Counted from the first letter of the stretch, positions 21,070-30,942 are shown. The stretch is DNA of 64,000 nucleotides from Phycisphaerae bacterium (GCA_050115495.1 JASFQK010000003.1:96001-160000), one strand, 5' to 3'. Made by a program: numbers and translations. The notes: generated by a model from the sequence alone, not told the origin.

Positions 21070-21151
21070 CGCGGCCCCCGCCCGCCGTCCTCCCGTTGCG
21101 GTCAAGACACTGATCCCCCCGCGCAAACGTCGATCCCGGCAAAACGCGCGC

Positions 21152-21199
21152 AAAAAAAAGGGCCACCGCTGTGTCCGGGAGGACGACATTCGGTGGCCC
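21152..21199 (-). terminator. Rho-independent terminator-like hairpin with CCUCCC in its loop (possible sRNA 3' end)
   Basis: GGGCCACCG...CGGTGGCCC stem followed by T8 on the minus strand. Confidence 0.7.
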
Positions 21200-21284
21200 A
21201 TGCGCTGGGATGGGCTTTTGAAGCGTTCCACTATGTTGAACCGGCCACCCGCCGAAAGGTGTCACCAAAAAAAGAAACGCTCGC

Positions 21285-21319
21285 AAAAAAAGAGCGCCCG
21301 GCATCCTCGCCGGACGCTC
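21285..21319 (-). terminator. Rho-independent terminator of the PilZ gene pair
   Basis: GAGCGTCCGGC-loop-GCCGGGCGCTC then T7 on the minus strand, 65 nt after the stop codon. Confidence 0.8.
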
Positions 21320-21383
21320 CCCCTCTGCTGTCGGGTCCCTCAGAAGTGCTGTGCTGTTGCGCTCCGCGCTGCTCTCTCGCCTG

Positions 21384-22184
21384 CTACGGCAGTCCCCGCG
21401 GCGGGTCCGACTGCCGGTGCCGTGAGTTAAACCCGTGTCGATGCAGGTGTTGCACGCAGGACGCCAGACGCTGCAGCACCAGCCGCCCGTCCACGGAGAG
21501 TTCGAGTCCGATAAACTGGAACGCCACCCCCATCTGCCCCACTTCGTCGTGACGCACGCCGCGGAAGCAGGCACTGGCCACGAGCGGCGCCTGGCCGTCC
21601 GGCAGTTGCAGCTCCACGCCGAGCGTCGTTTCCTCGGTCCACGTCGGTGGCGAGACCTGGTTCAGCCGGACGAGGGCGCCGCCGCAGGAGATGTCCGCCA
21701 GCGCGCCTGTGATGGTTTGGAGCGAGCGGCCCTGGGCGCTGGTCCGGGCCGCCGGGCCGCCGGGCCACAGCGTCGCCAGGATGGTCATCCCGTCGGGGAT
21801 GGGGGTTCGGTAGTACGACCGGCGTTGCAGCTCGGTGATGCTGTCCGGCCAACGGAAGCGCAGGGCCGGGATGCTCGTGCGGTCGTCGAAGAGGAAGTGT
21901 CCGCGAGCCTCGACGACGGTCGCGAACAGGATCTTGCGGCTACGGTTGCGGAAGCTGACGCCGACGCATTGTCCCGGCAGCAGGTTCGGCATCGTATCCG
22001 TCTTGAACGGCTGATGATCGAGCACAAAGAAACGCTGCGCGGGGTCGCGCTCGAGGAAGCGTGACTTGAAGCTGCGCCAGTCGTCGCCCTGTTGGTACGT
22101 GAGGACGGCCAGGGCGCGTTCGTGCACGGCCTCGTCGAAGAGGCTGGCCGCGTCGTTGCGGGTGAGCGAGCGTCGCGGATTCAT
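21384..22184 (-). CDS. PilZ-domain / YcgR-like c-di-GMP receptor
   Basis: QRRSYYR (RxxxR) and DISCGG (DxSxxG) after a YcgR-N-like domain. Confidence 0.85.
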   Translation of the reverse strand: MNPRRSLTRNDAASLFDEAVHERALAVLTYQQGDDWRSFKSRFLERDPAQRFFVLDHQPFKTDTMPNLLPGQCVGVSFRNRSRKILFATVVEARGHFLFDDRTSIPALRFRWPDSITELQRRSYYRTPIPDGMTILATLWPGGPAARTSAQGRSLQTITGALADISCGGALVRLNQVSPPTWTEETTLGVELQLPDGQAPLVASACFRGVRHDEVGQMGVAFQFIGLELSVDGRLVLQRLASCVQHLHRHGFNSRHRQSDPPRGLP

Positions 22185-22900
22185 GCTTCACCTCCGGTCT
22201 GGGCCTGGTCCAGGTAGCTGCGCGAGAGAGCGGCGCGGAGTCTCTCGACGGCCTGGGTGCCGCTGTTGTCGTGCTGGGGCTCGAGGAACTCGAAGCCGAC
22301 CTCGAGCTGCTCGCCCTGGGGAGCGCGGGTCTTGGTGCACACGACGCAGGTTACCTCGTAGGCTCCTCCGAGCTGCGGGAGCTGGAAGCACACCCGTACC
22401 TCGTCGTCGATCAGCACGTGGGGTTCGAGGTCCGCCCGCGGTGCGCGGCAGCCGAGGCCGGACGAGCTGATCGTCGTCATCGTGGCCAGGACCGGCTGGA
22501 CCGCAGCCGACAGCCAGAGCTGTATGATCGCCGGCGGCTCGGGTGCGAACCGGTCGAACTTCCGCCGATTCGCCACGCGGACCACGTCCGGCGCAGCCAG
22601 CGAAAGCTGCGGCGGCGTCTGGTCGTCGCGGGCGTCCATGATGCAGGTGGAGAAGGTGTACAGGTTGCCGGAGAGGACGGTGCGGATGTCGCAGAACGCC
22701 CCGACCAGGGCGGGCAGCGGGCAATCCTCACCGATCTCTTCGAGCCGGACCGTGAGAGCCTCGCCCTCGCGGCTGATGAGCGTGCCGCTGAGCAACTGCT
22801 CGCGGCAGCGCGTTTCGATGTCCAGGTGTGCCCGGTTGCGCAAGGCTTGTTCGAGCACGCGTTTCGTCTGACGGGGATTGAGGTCAATCGTGGCCAGCAT
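22181..22900 (-). CDS. PilZ-domain / YcgR-like protein
   Basis: NRRKFDR, TISSSG, terminal VGFEF; GAGGAG RBS. Confidence 0.8.
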   Translation of the reverse strand: MLATIDLNPRQTKRVLEQALRNRAHLDIETRCREQLLSGTLISREGEALTVRLEEIGEDCPLPALVGAFCDIRTVLSGNLYTFSTCIMDARDDQTPPQLSLAAPDVVRVANRRKFDRFAPEPPAIIQLWLSAAVQPVLATMTTISSSGLGCRAPRADLEPHVLIDDEVRVCFQLPQLGGAYEVTCVVCTKTRAPQGEQLEVGFEFLEPQHDNSGTQAVERLRAALSRSYLDQAQTGGEA

Positions 22901-23465
22901 GTTCAACTCCTCGTGGCGGGCACGGCTACCCGATGCGCCTGTCGGCGCTCGGTCCTCGCCACGCTAGCCGGTTGTTCTCCGGATCGTTGCTGCCCGTGGC
23001 CAGGAGCGAACGCTGCGTTTCGCGACCCACGAGCGGCGACGCCGGCATGCGGTCTCCTTAGGACAGGCCATCCGCGTAGGAGCGATTCGTCATACCGGGG
23101 CCGGCACTTGATCCACTCATCCGCCCATGAAAAGGGGACGTGGCCCGGACCGCCGCCCATCGCCCGCGGACACCAGCCACGCACCGCCCGCATATGCACG
23201 CCACCCCCGGCGCAGCTACGCGCGACGGACTCAGTCCGGAAACAGATGCGTTGCCCCCGGTCGGCGGCGGCGCTGGTCGAACGGACCACGCGCGCACCTC
23301 ACGTTATCTGCAACGCACGTCGCCGCCGCGTACGATCGCCCCCGGCATGGATAATCGAAACCCCCCGCGCCGCACCTCCCGCGCGGCACTCATAATCGCT
23401 GCACGGGGGCCGATAGCGGGTACTCCCCGCGCTGCACATTCTCTTCGTTTTTCAGTGGATTAACG

Positions 23466-24437
23466 TTACGACAGGGCGGCAGCCGCGGTGAGCGGCAGCT
23501 CGACGGACACCTGCGCCTGGCGGGTGATGTCGCCCGCTCCCCAACGCCGAATCGCTTCTTCCGTGCCGGGGAAATCAACGCACGCCGCACCGCGGGCCGC
23601 GCCGCGAACGGCGACGCTGCGTAGCAGACTGGCAGCGACCGGCGTGTGCGGCTCCGTGCCGAACCACGCCAGCACGTGCACCTGTTCCGCGTGCGTGCAC
23701 CAGACCACGCCGGCCTGTGGACGATCCGTATCATCTGTCCACCCGGCGAACTGAAGCTGGGCGGCGATCGTCCCATGCAGCGCCAGCGACGCCGCAATCG
23801 GGCCAACCGCCGACTCCTGCACACTTCGTCGCGTCGCGGCGTCGAAGGGCACGTGCACAATTTGCGCGTCGTGGTCTTCTTTAGGGCGAACGGTCGCCAA
23901 TAGGGCCGCGATTGGCAGCCGCAGCCACGTCGGCGACGCGGGCTCTACACCCGGCCCCAGCGGCTGCCAGGCCCGCACGAACAGCCCCTCACATCGCCGA
24001 AGTTCGCCCAGCGACAGCGCCCGGCTGTGCAGCAGCCACCGACACGCGACATCATCCGCGAGCGGCCCCGCAACGGGCGTCCCCGGCAGGCTCACCAGCC
24101 GCCGACGTTCCTCGTTGCTGACCGTCTCAAACAGCGGCATCGCCCCAGCCACCTCGTCCCCCAGCATCGCCGCCAGATACAGCGGATGCCCGAAGCCGGC
24201 GACGCTGAGCACGCCCTGCCACGCCAGGCTGTGGTAGAACGTGCTGGCCGGGTGTTCGTTGATGAAGTCGTCGTACGACGGACATTCCGGCTCATCGAGC
24301 AGCCAGACGGTAGGGGGGAGGTCGCGGAAATCCGACCCGTCAGGGGGCAGCGGTTGAAAGTTGGAGGGTGAGAATCCGGACGCACTTTCGTCCACAGGAG
24401 CGTCGATTGTGCGCGTTGTTTGCTCGCCAGGGCTCAT
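23466..24437 (-). CDS. FemAB/GNAT-like protein (divergent)
   Basis: YDDFINEHPASTFYHSLAW and LVSLPGTPVAGPL resemble the N-half of FemAB-like GNATs. Confidence 0.55.
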   Translation of the reverse strand: MSPGEQTTRTIDAPVDESASGFSPSNFQPLPPDGSDFRDLPPTVWLLDEPECPSYDDFINEHPASTFYHSLAWQGVLSVAGFGHPLYLAAMLGDEVAGAMPLFETVSNEERRRLVSLPGTPVAGPLADDVACRWLLHSRALSLGELRRCEGLFVRAWQPLGPGVEPASPTWLRLPIAALLATVRPKEDHDAQIVHVPFDAATRRSVQESAVGPIAASLALHGTIAAQLQFAGWTDDTDRPQAGVVWCTHAEQVHVLAWFGTEPHTPVAASLLRSVAVRGAARGAACVDFPGTEEAIRRWGAGDITRQAQVSVELPLTAAAALS

Positions 24438-24574
24438 CTTACGCTCACCCGCGGTCGGGGGATGGCCATCTGTGAGCGGTTACTGATGGCAGGCCGCTGT
24501 AATGACTATCGGACGGCGGCGGTTTATAATTCACCGCCAATGCCGGCGGGCGCGGTGCCGGCGAGGTATGCCCT

Positions 24575-25054
24575 ATGCTGATCGGCCTGATGTCGGATAC
24601 GCACGACCGCATGCCGGCAATCCGGGCAGCGCTTGACCTCTTTCACAAGCGCAACGTGGACATGGTCATCCACGCCGGCGACGTCGTCGCCCCCTTCGCC
24701 GCCCGGCTGCTGGCCGACTATCCCGGCCAAGTGCACGTGCTGTACGGCAACAACGACGGCGAACGCCGCGGCCTCAAGCAGGTTCTGCCGCAGATCCAGG
24801 ACGGGCCCCTGTGGCTCGACCTGGCAGGGCATCGCGTCCTGGTGCACCACTACCTTCAGTGGTGCAGCGCGGCGGATCTGGCCCGGGCCGACGTCGTCAT
24901 CAGCGGCCACACGCACGAATGCGTCGTGGAAGAGCGCGACGGCCGGCTGCTGGTCAACCCGGGCGAGTGCTGCGGTTGGATCACCGGGCATTGCCGCGTC
25001 GCCTTGCTGGAACTGGAGACGCACGAGGTCGAGTCGATCGAGGTCCTGCCATGA
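24575..25054 (+). CDS. YfcE/MJ0936-family metallophosphoesterase
   Basis: SDTHD, HAGD, GNND, GHTH, NPGE. Confidence 0.92.
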   Translation: MLIGLMSDTHDRMPAIRAALDLFHKRNVDMVIHAGDVVAPFAARLLADYPGQVHVLYGNNDGERRGLKQVLPQIQDGPLWLDLAGHRVLVHHYLQWCSAADLARADVVISGHTHECVVEERDGRLLVNPGECCGWITGHCRVALLELETHEVESIEVLP

Positions 25055-25467
25055 AACGACGAAGCGGCGGAAGATGGTGGTGGATGCTCAGCCTGGTGCT
25101 GGCCGTGCCGCTGTGCGGATGCGTCGAGCGGACGATGAAGATCCAGACCGATCCGCCCGGGGCGCTGGTTCTCGTCAACGACGAGGAGGTCGGCGTCTCG
25201 CCGGTGACCTGCTCGTTCCTCTGGTACGGCGACTACGACATCATCCTGCGGAAACCCGGATACCAGACGTTGAAGACCCACTACCGCGTCCCGGCACCGT
25301 GGTATCAGTGGCCGCCGTTCGACCTCGTCGCCGAGACGATGGTTCCGGCGCAGATCCACGACGAGCACGTGCTGCCCACGTTCGTGCTCGAGCCTGCCGA
25401 AGACCCGGCGGTCAGCGACGTCGTCGAGCGGGCCGTCGAGCTTCGCGGCCGCACACTACGCGATTAG
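25051..25467 (+). CDS. PEGA-domain lipoprotein
   Basis: LCGC lipobox, IQTDPPGALVLVNDEEVGVSPV, LRKPGY. Confidence 0.85.
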   Translation: MKRRSGGRWWWMLSLVLAVPLCGCVERTMKIQTDPPGALVLVNDEEVGVSPVTCSFLWYGDYDIILRKPGYQTLKTHYRVPAPWYQWPPFDLVAETMVPAQIHDEHVLPTFVLEPAEDPAVSDVVERAVELRGRTLRD

Positions 25468-25533
25468 CGATCGCTAAAGGGGGCCCGCCGGCGACGAGCC
25501 GGCAGGCCGAGGCCCCCCCGTGACAGTGGTAGA

Positions 25534-26202
25534 TCAAGGATCGACGATGCGCTCGCGAATCGCGTAGCGGGCCAGGTCCACGCGATCACGCAGACCCAGC
25601 TTCCGCAACAGACTCGTGCGGTACGAATCCGCCGTCTTGTAGCTCACAGCCATGCGCTGCGCCGCCTCGCGCAGCGTCATCCCGCGAGCCAGCAGCGGCA
25701 GCAGCTCTGACTCCCGTCGCGACAGCACCAGTCGCCCGTTGGACGTGGCGCTGGCCGGACGACGCACCGCATTGCGCACCCCCTCGCTGAAATACTGGCG
25801 ATTGTCGGCCACGGCCCGCAATGCCTGCCGCAATTCCTCGAGGCCGCCATCCTTGACCACGTACCCGTGGATCGTGCAGCGGCTCCACGCCTGGATGTGC
25901 GCCGGATCAACCGCTGCCCCGACGACCAGCACACGCGTGCCCGGCCGCAGACGCGTGATCATCTGCACGGCATCGAGCGCCGCCGGTGTGGCTTGGTCCG
26001 CGTCGACGATCGCCACCGCGGGCTGCTCGCGCATGGCCGACCAGACGGACGTCGGCGCGAAGTCCGCCTCGGCGACGATCTCGACGTCGAGCTCTTGTCG
26101 CAGCAACAGCCGATAGGCCGCGCGGTCCAGGACCGACGCCCCCAATAGGCAGAACGTCGGCGGTGATGGTGGTGCCCCGTTGGTAGCAGGTTCGACCGAC
26201 AT
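25534..26202 (-). CDS. NarL/LuxR-family response regulator
   Basis: REC-like domain (AIVD, GYVVKD) plus LSRRE..LLARG..SYKTADSYRTSLLRKLG HTH. Confidence 0.88.
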   Translation of the reverse strand: MSVEPATNGAPPSPPTFCLLGASVLDRAAYRLLLRQELDVEIVAEADFAPTSVWSAMREQPAVAIVDADQATPAALDAVQMITRLRPGTRVLVVGAAVDPAHIQAWSRCTIHGYVVKDGGLEELRQALRAVADNRQYFSEGVRNAVRRPASATSNGRLVLSRRESELLPLLARGMTLREAAQRMAVSYKTADSYRTSLLRKLGLRDRVDLARYAIRERIVDP

Positions 26203-26481
26203 GCTCCGCCCCGCTAAGCTCCTTTGCCTCGTTCGGCCACGGGCCGCACCGCGCGGCGGCCCGGACGTCGTGCGCACCTCAACGGCGTCCCCAAAATGCC
26301 CGCCTGTTGAACGCGACGCCCCTCTGCTCGTCGCGGCGCCCGTGTGTGCTGAGAATTTGGACGTTCACTGTACGTTGACTCCAGTGGTGGGAGTAAAGCG
26401 TTCTTACGGGGGTTTGCCCATTAGGCATTCACCTGAACTTTGCAGATCGCGCGAAATAGTGTCGGCGGAGATCATGTCGGC

Positions 26482-27312
26482 CTAGCGGCCTCGCCGAGGC
26501 AGGGCGATGCCCAGGAAGCGCATGACTTCCTGCAAATCCTCCCAGGCCTTTCCCTTCTCGCCGGGGCTCCGCAGGAGGTAGGCCGGGTGAAACGTGGGCA
26601 TCAGCTTCGCCGACGGCAGGCCCAGGTGAGCCAGGGCCGGTGGAGGGAAGTCGTGGAAATGGCCGCGGAGCCGGCCGATCGCTTCTTTGGTGGCCAGCAG
26701 CGATTGCGCGGCGGGCCGGCCGAGGGCGACGATGACCTTGGGCCGCAGAATCGCCAGTTGCCGGTACAGGTAGGGGCCGCAGATCTCCATCTCCGTCACC
26801 TCAGGGGTTCGGTTACCCGGGGGACGGCATTTAACGACATTCGCGATGTAGACCTGCTCCCGCGTCAGCGACATCGCCGCGATCATGCGCGTCAGAAGCT
26901 GGCCGGCTCGGCCGACGAACGGGATCCCCTCGCGATCTTCATCCGCCCCCGGGCCCTCGCCGACGAAAAGCAACTCCGGCCGCGGGGCTCCCGCGCCAAA
27001 GACCGTCTTCGTCCGGTTGGCGTGTAGGCCGCAACGCGTGCAGTTGCGCACATGCTGCGCGTCAATCATGTCCAGCGCCGCCTGCGCCTGCTCCGCCGAC
27101 AACTCCTCCCGGCAGATCGGCGGGAGGTCGGGGTCGTCGACGAAGAACGAGCCAGTAACGGGAGCGGTTCCGGGTCGTGCGCGCTCACGCGGAGGGGGAG
27201 CCGCGACGGGCTGCGCCGCGGGCGGCGCGACAGCGGCCGGCGGGGACACAGGCCGTCGGCAATGGCGGATCCCGAGCCGGCGCTCACTGCGCAGCCAGGT
27301 CGCCAACGTCAT
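26482..27312 (-). CDS. Uracil-DNA glycosylase family 4 (Fe-S)
   Basis: CTRCGL, GEGPG, PFVGRAG, NVVKCRPP, TFHPAYLLR; start uncertain. Confidence 0.93.
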   Translation of the reverse strand: MTLATWLRSERRLGIRHCRRPVSPPAAVAPPAAQPVAAPPPRERARPGTAPVTGSFFVDDPDLPPICREELSAEQAQAALDMIDAQHVRNCTRCGLHANRTKTVFGAGAPRPELLFVGEGPGADEDREGIPFVGRAGQLLTRMIAAMSLTREQVYIANVVKCRPPGNRTPEVTEMEICGPYLYRQLAILRPKVIVALGRPAAQSLLATKEAIGRLRGHFHDFPPPALAHLGLPSAKLMPTFHPAYLLRSPGEKGKAWEDLQEVMRFLGIALPRRGR

Positions 27313-27386
27313 TTTGCCTGTGCCGGGGTCGCGTCTTGTCACGATGACAAGATACGGGGGCGAACGGTTGGCGGCAAGGTTGCGCC

Positions 27387-29195
27387 ATGACGAGCAAGGA
27401 TGTGCCCACAGCTTTACTGCTGTGGTCGATGATGGCGGCGAGCATGCTGGTGGTCGCCGGCCTTGCTGCGGAACCGGTTCCGAAATCGGACACCGGCGCG
27501 GCAACGGCTGCGGCGCCCGCTGAGCCCAGAATGCTTGCGCCGACACTCGGACGCCCAGAGTTCGTCCAGCCGGGGGGGAACCTGAACGTCGTCGCCGTCA
27601 TTCCCGACGCCGACATCGTCCCCACCGTCGAGCTCGTCAGCACGCGCTTCCCGCCACGCCGCTACACGCTGACCACCGGTGCCGGGGTCGGTGGCCGCCT
27701 GCGGCAGGGCCTGCCCATCGCCGTTCGCGTGCCCCAGGACATGCCGGCGGCGACGTACGACCTCGAGTTATCCTGCGGCGGTGTGCGGCTCAGTGCACCG
27801 CACTGCGTGGCTGTCGGCAGCGTGCCGGCCCGCGTGCGGCTCGTGCATCTCTCGGACATGAACATTGGGGAGTTGGGGGCGCCGGGCTTCGATGAGCGCC
27901 TCATCAGCGAAATAAACCTGGTCGCGCCGACGCTCGTGCTCGCCACCGGCGATTTCCTCGACCTGACCTGCGAAGATCGGGAAGGGGGCTGGCAGCGCGT
28001 CGTGGACTTCTTCACGCGATTGGACGCACCGGCCCTGATCGCCTGCGGAGATCACGACGACCTGTCCCAATACTGCCGGTGGATCGCCCCGAGTCCGGTC
28101 GGTGAGATCAGCGTCGGGCCGTTGCGTGGCGTCGTGCTGTACGACTCGCCGAGCCGGCCCATCGGCGGCGACGCCGAACAGGTCACCTGGTTCGAGCGGA
28201 CGCTCGCCGTGCCGAACGAGACGCGCTCGACGTTCGTGCTGAGCCCCGACGAGTGCCCGAACCTGCTGCGCGTGTGGCAGAACCGCGGCGTTCTATCGCA
28301 GATGGTGCAGGCCACGCGACTGGGCGCCTGGTTCGCCGGCGGATCCCGGGATTGGGACGGCGTCGAGTATCGCGTGCTGATCGACGCGGCGGCGCCGATG
28401 TTGTACGTCCGCACGCACGAGTCGAGCACGGCGACGCGGGGCGGCGCGAGCGGCGTCAGTCATTTCCGCATCGTGGATCTCGAAGGCGAACGGGCCTGGC
28501 TGCCCGGGGCGTTGGCGGACGAGACCAACCCGCCGTCGCTGCCCGTGGGCCGCTTGCGCCTTTCCTTCAACGACCCGAACGACGGCACACAGGATCGTGT
28601 CAGCTTCACGGCGGTGAACAGCCACGACTGCCGGCTGGATCGGCTGGGCGCACGCGTGGTGCTGCGGCGGAGCGGGCCGACGCCGCCGTGGTGCCTCGGC
28701 GCCGAGCTGGTTCAGGCGGTGGACCTGGGGGAGTACTGGGACTGCCGCGTCGCGTTCGATCTGCCGGACCGCGGAGCGCTGCGGGCGGTCGTGGGCACGG
28801 GGCCGCCGCCGCGGCAGCCGGACATCGAGGTCGTCTTCGACGCGACGGCGCAGCTTCCACTGATGAGGCAGGTGGGCAAGGATGGGCTGAGCTACGTGAC
28901 CTCCCGCGGCGCCATCGTGCTCGTCCACCTGCGGAACCGGGGCACGACGCCGGCGGACTTCTCGCCGCTGATCCGCCTCGACGGCCAGACGCTGGGTTAC
29001 GTTGTGCTGGACGAGCCGGGGCCGACGGCGACGGCGTACCGGCTGCGGCTGGGCGCGGGACGCACGCTGACGTTGCACGTGGACCTGACGGCGGCTAGAG
29101 TCACGCCCGGCCGGCGCGAGCTCCAGGTGTACCTGAAGGGCGGCGAGGCCTGGTGGCCGGCGTGTTACCCGCTCGAGGTCACCATCGAGGAATAG
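27387..29195 (+). CDS. Secreted protein with degenerate metallophosphoesterase domain
   Basis: Signal peptide; HLSDMN, TGDFLD, CGDHD variants of calcineurin-like motifs. Confidence 0.65.
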   Translation: MTSKDVPTALLLWSMMAASMLVVAGLAAEPVPKSDTGAATAAAPAEPRMLAPTLGRPEFVQPGGNLNVVAVIPDADIVPTVELVSTRFPPRRYTLTTGAGVGGRLRQGLPIAVRVPQDMPAATYDLELSCGGVRLSAPHCVAVGSVPARVRLVHLSDMNIGELGAPGFDERLISEINLVAPTLVLATGDFLDLTCEDREGGWQRVVDFFTRLDAPALIACGDHDDLSQYCRWIAPSPVGEISVGPLRGVVLYDSPSRPIGGDAEQVTWFERTLAVPNETRSTFVLSPDECPNLLRVWQNRGVLSQMVQATRLGAWFAGGSRDWDGVEYRVLIDAAAPMLYVRTHESSTATRGGASGVSHFRIVDLEGERAWLPGALADETNPPSLPVGRLRLSFNDPNDGTQDRVSFTAVNSHDCRLDRLGARVVLRRSGPTPPWCLGAELVQAVDLGEYWDCRVAFDLPDRGALRAVVGTGPPPRQPDIEVVFDATAQLPLMRQVGKDGLSYVTSRGAIVLVHLRNRGTTPADFSPLIRLDGQTLGYVVLDEPGPTATAYRLRLGAGRTLTLHVDLTAARVTPGRRELQVYLKGGEAWWPACYPLEVTIEE

Positions 29196-29232
29196 GCCGG
29201 ACGCCGAGACGAGCCGGTCGGAGGGTAGGTCC

Positions 29233-29964
29233 GTGGAGCGTCCGCCGCTCAAACCGCTATCGCTGACGATCTTCTTCCCCTGCTACAACGAGGAGGCGAA
29301 CGTCGAACGCGTCACGCAGTCGGCGGTCGAGGTTGGCCGGAAGGTGGCCGAGGACCTCGAGGTGCTGATCGTCAACGACGGCAGCCGCGACCGCACGGGC
29401 GAGATCGCCGACCGGCTGGCCGCAGAGATCCCCGAGGTCCGGGCGGTGCACAACCGGCCGAACCGCGGCTATGGCGGGGCGTTGCAGCGCGGCTTCCGCG
29501 AGGCGACGAAGGACTGGATCTTCTACACCGATGGTGACGGGCAGTTCGACCTGGGCGAGTTGCCGCGGCTGCTGCCGTTGCTGGAGACGCACGACATCGT
29601 TTCGTGCTACCGGCTGGACCGCAAGGACCCGCTGCCGCGCAAGCTCAACGCGTTCGCCTGGTCGACGCTGGTGAACCTGCTCTTCCGCATCGGCCTGCGC
29701 GACATCGACGGGGCGTTCAAGATCTACCCGCGCACGTTCATCGAGCGGATCACGCTGCACAGCACGGGCGCCTTGATCGACACGGAGATGTTGGCCAAGG
29801 CGCGGAACATGGGCTGCTCGATCGCCCAGTTGGGCGTGCACCACTACCCGCGCACCGCCGGCCAGCAGACGGGTGCGAACCTCCGCGTGATCCTCCGCGC
29901 CTTCCGCGAGCTCTTCAGGCTCTACCGCCAGATCCGCACCGAAGGCCGCCAGCAATCCCGTTGA
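29233..29964 (+). CDS. GT2 glycosyltransferase (DPM/DPG synthase-like)
   Basis: FFPCYNEE, VNDGSRDRT, YTDGDGQFD. Confidence 0.9.
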   Translation: MERPPLKPLSLTIFFPCYNEEANVERVTQSAVEVGRKVAEDLEVLIVNDGSRDRTGEIADRLAAEIPEVRAVHNRPNRGYGGALQRGFREATKDWIFYTDGDGQFDLGELPRLLPLLETHDIVSCYRLDRKDPLPRKLNAFAWSTLVNLLFRIGLRDIDGAFKIYPRTFIERITLHSTGALIDTEMLAKARNMGCSIAQLGVHHYPRTAGQQTGANLRVILRAFRELFRLYRQIRTEGRQQSR

Positions 29965-30295
29965 AAAAGGGGACTGGCTCCGAGCACCCAACGAAGCGCA
30001 CGTCCACAGCATTCGCTCGCCGCTCGGTGCCTGTCCCCTTTCTCAACGGCGACCCGCCAACCCGCGTTCGATGCCGAACACACAGGGCGGATTTTACCCG
30101 CCGTTCGCCGTTGCGCCAAACCACCGTTCATTCGCGAGAGAAGCACAATCTGTGTGTGTGGCATGCCGAAGCTATCAGGCGCCGGCAGGTCTTCTCCGCG
30201 TGTCGGCAACAACATGCCCGCGCCTGACAGCGTGGGCATGCCACCCCCACGCGTGATTCGCCAACCGAGCGATCGGCGGGCCAAGCCTACCCTGC
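29960..30295. repeat. Nested palindromic repeats: AAAGGGGAC..GTCCCCTTT hairpin, then a REP doublet interrupted by a MITE-like element (30156-30245)
   Basis: Long inverted repeat 29960-30047; 30083-30144 matches 30838-30899; 30156-30245 resembles 14461-14548. Confidence 0.8.
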
Positions 30296-30297
30296 GC

Positions 30298-30810
30298 TCA
30301 CTCCCCGCCTTCCCGCTCATCCCCGTGGTAGTCGTACATGTCTCTCCCCAGTTCCATCTCGTATTCCAGCCACTCGATCATTGTGGACCAGCGAGACTCT
30401 ACCTTCCTCTCGTCGACTGACCAGCGCACCACAGAAGGCGGCTCACTGAAGTCGAGGCAGGTGAGATCACCACCCCCATCTTGTGCAATGCCCAGCAAAT
30501 GGGCCGGGAGGCCGTATTCAGCATGTTGCTTAGTATTCTCTCGAACGGCCTCTGTGTTGTATTCCAGCATATCTCGCGTGGCCTCGTCATCCACGCTCCA
30601 GATCAGCAGGTCAAAGAACTCCTTCGCGAACATCAGTCCACCGTTCCAGCGGTGCAGAAACGCTTTGTAGTCCTCAAAGAACGTCACCCCGAGCGCTCGT
30701 TCCGCCACCGCGATCGCCTCCTCGGAGGCACCGGGAATCAGACGGTGCACTCCACAGTCGTACTTGGCGAGCTCCGCCGCGAACTCGTCGAATCGCGAAC
30801 CCAGTCTCAT
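30298..30810 (-). CDS. SMI1/KNR4 (SUKH) family immunity protein
   Basis: PGASEEAIAVAERALGVTFFEDYKAFLHRWNGG, IAQDGGGDLTCLD; more AT-rich than flanks. Confidence 0.9.
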   Translation of the reverse strand: MRLGSRFDEFAAELAKYDCGVHRLIPGASEEAIAVAERALGVTFFEDYKAFLHRWNGGLMFAKEFFDLLIWSVDDEATRDMLEYNTEAVRENTKQHAEYGLPAHLLGIAQDGGGDLTCLDFSEPPSVVRWSVDERKVESRWSTMIEWLEYEMELGRDMYDYHGDEREGGE

Positions 30811-30836
30811 GCTTGCGTCCCCTTGCGATCGAGGCC

Positions 30837-30934
30837 GTAGGGCGGGTTTCACCCGCCGTTTGCTCCTGCGCCAAACCACCGTCCATTTGCGAGAAGAGCG
30901 CGGGTCGCCGATCGACGGGCGAAGCCCGCCCTGC
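30837..30934. repeat. REP doublet (REPIN-like): GTAGGGCGGG-hairpin ... hairpin-CCCGCCCTGC
   Basis: Inverted GTAG-type hairpins; relatives at 30083, 36279, 48640, 48669. Confidence 0.75.
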
Positions 30935-30942
30935 CGGCGTCA

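Noticed and set aside
22901..23465. c-di-GMP riboswitch upstream of the PilZ genes
   Set aside because: I could not identify the GEMM consensus by eye; a covariance search would be needed
24490..24535. sigma28 promoter for the GNAT-like gene (TCCGATAG on minus strand)
   Set aside because: No well-spaced -35 element
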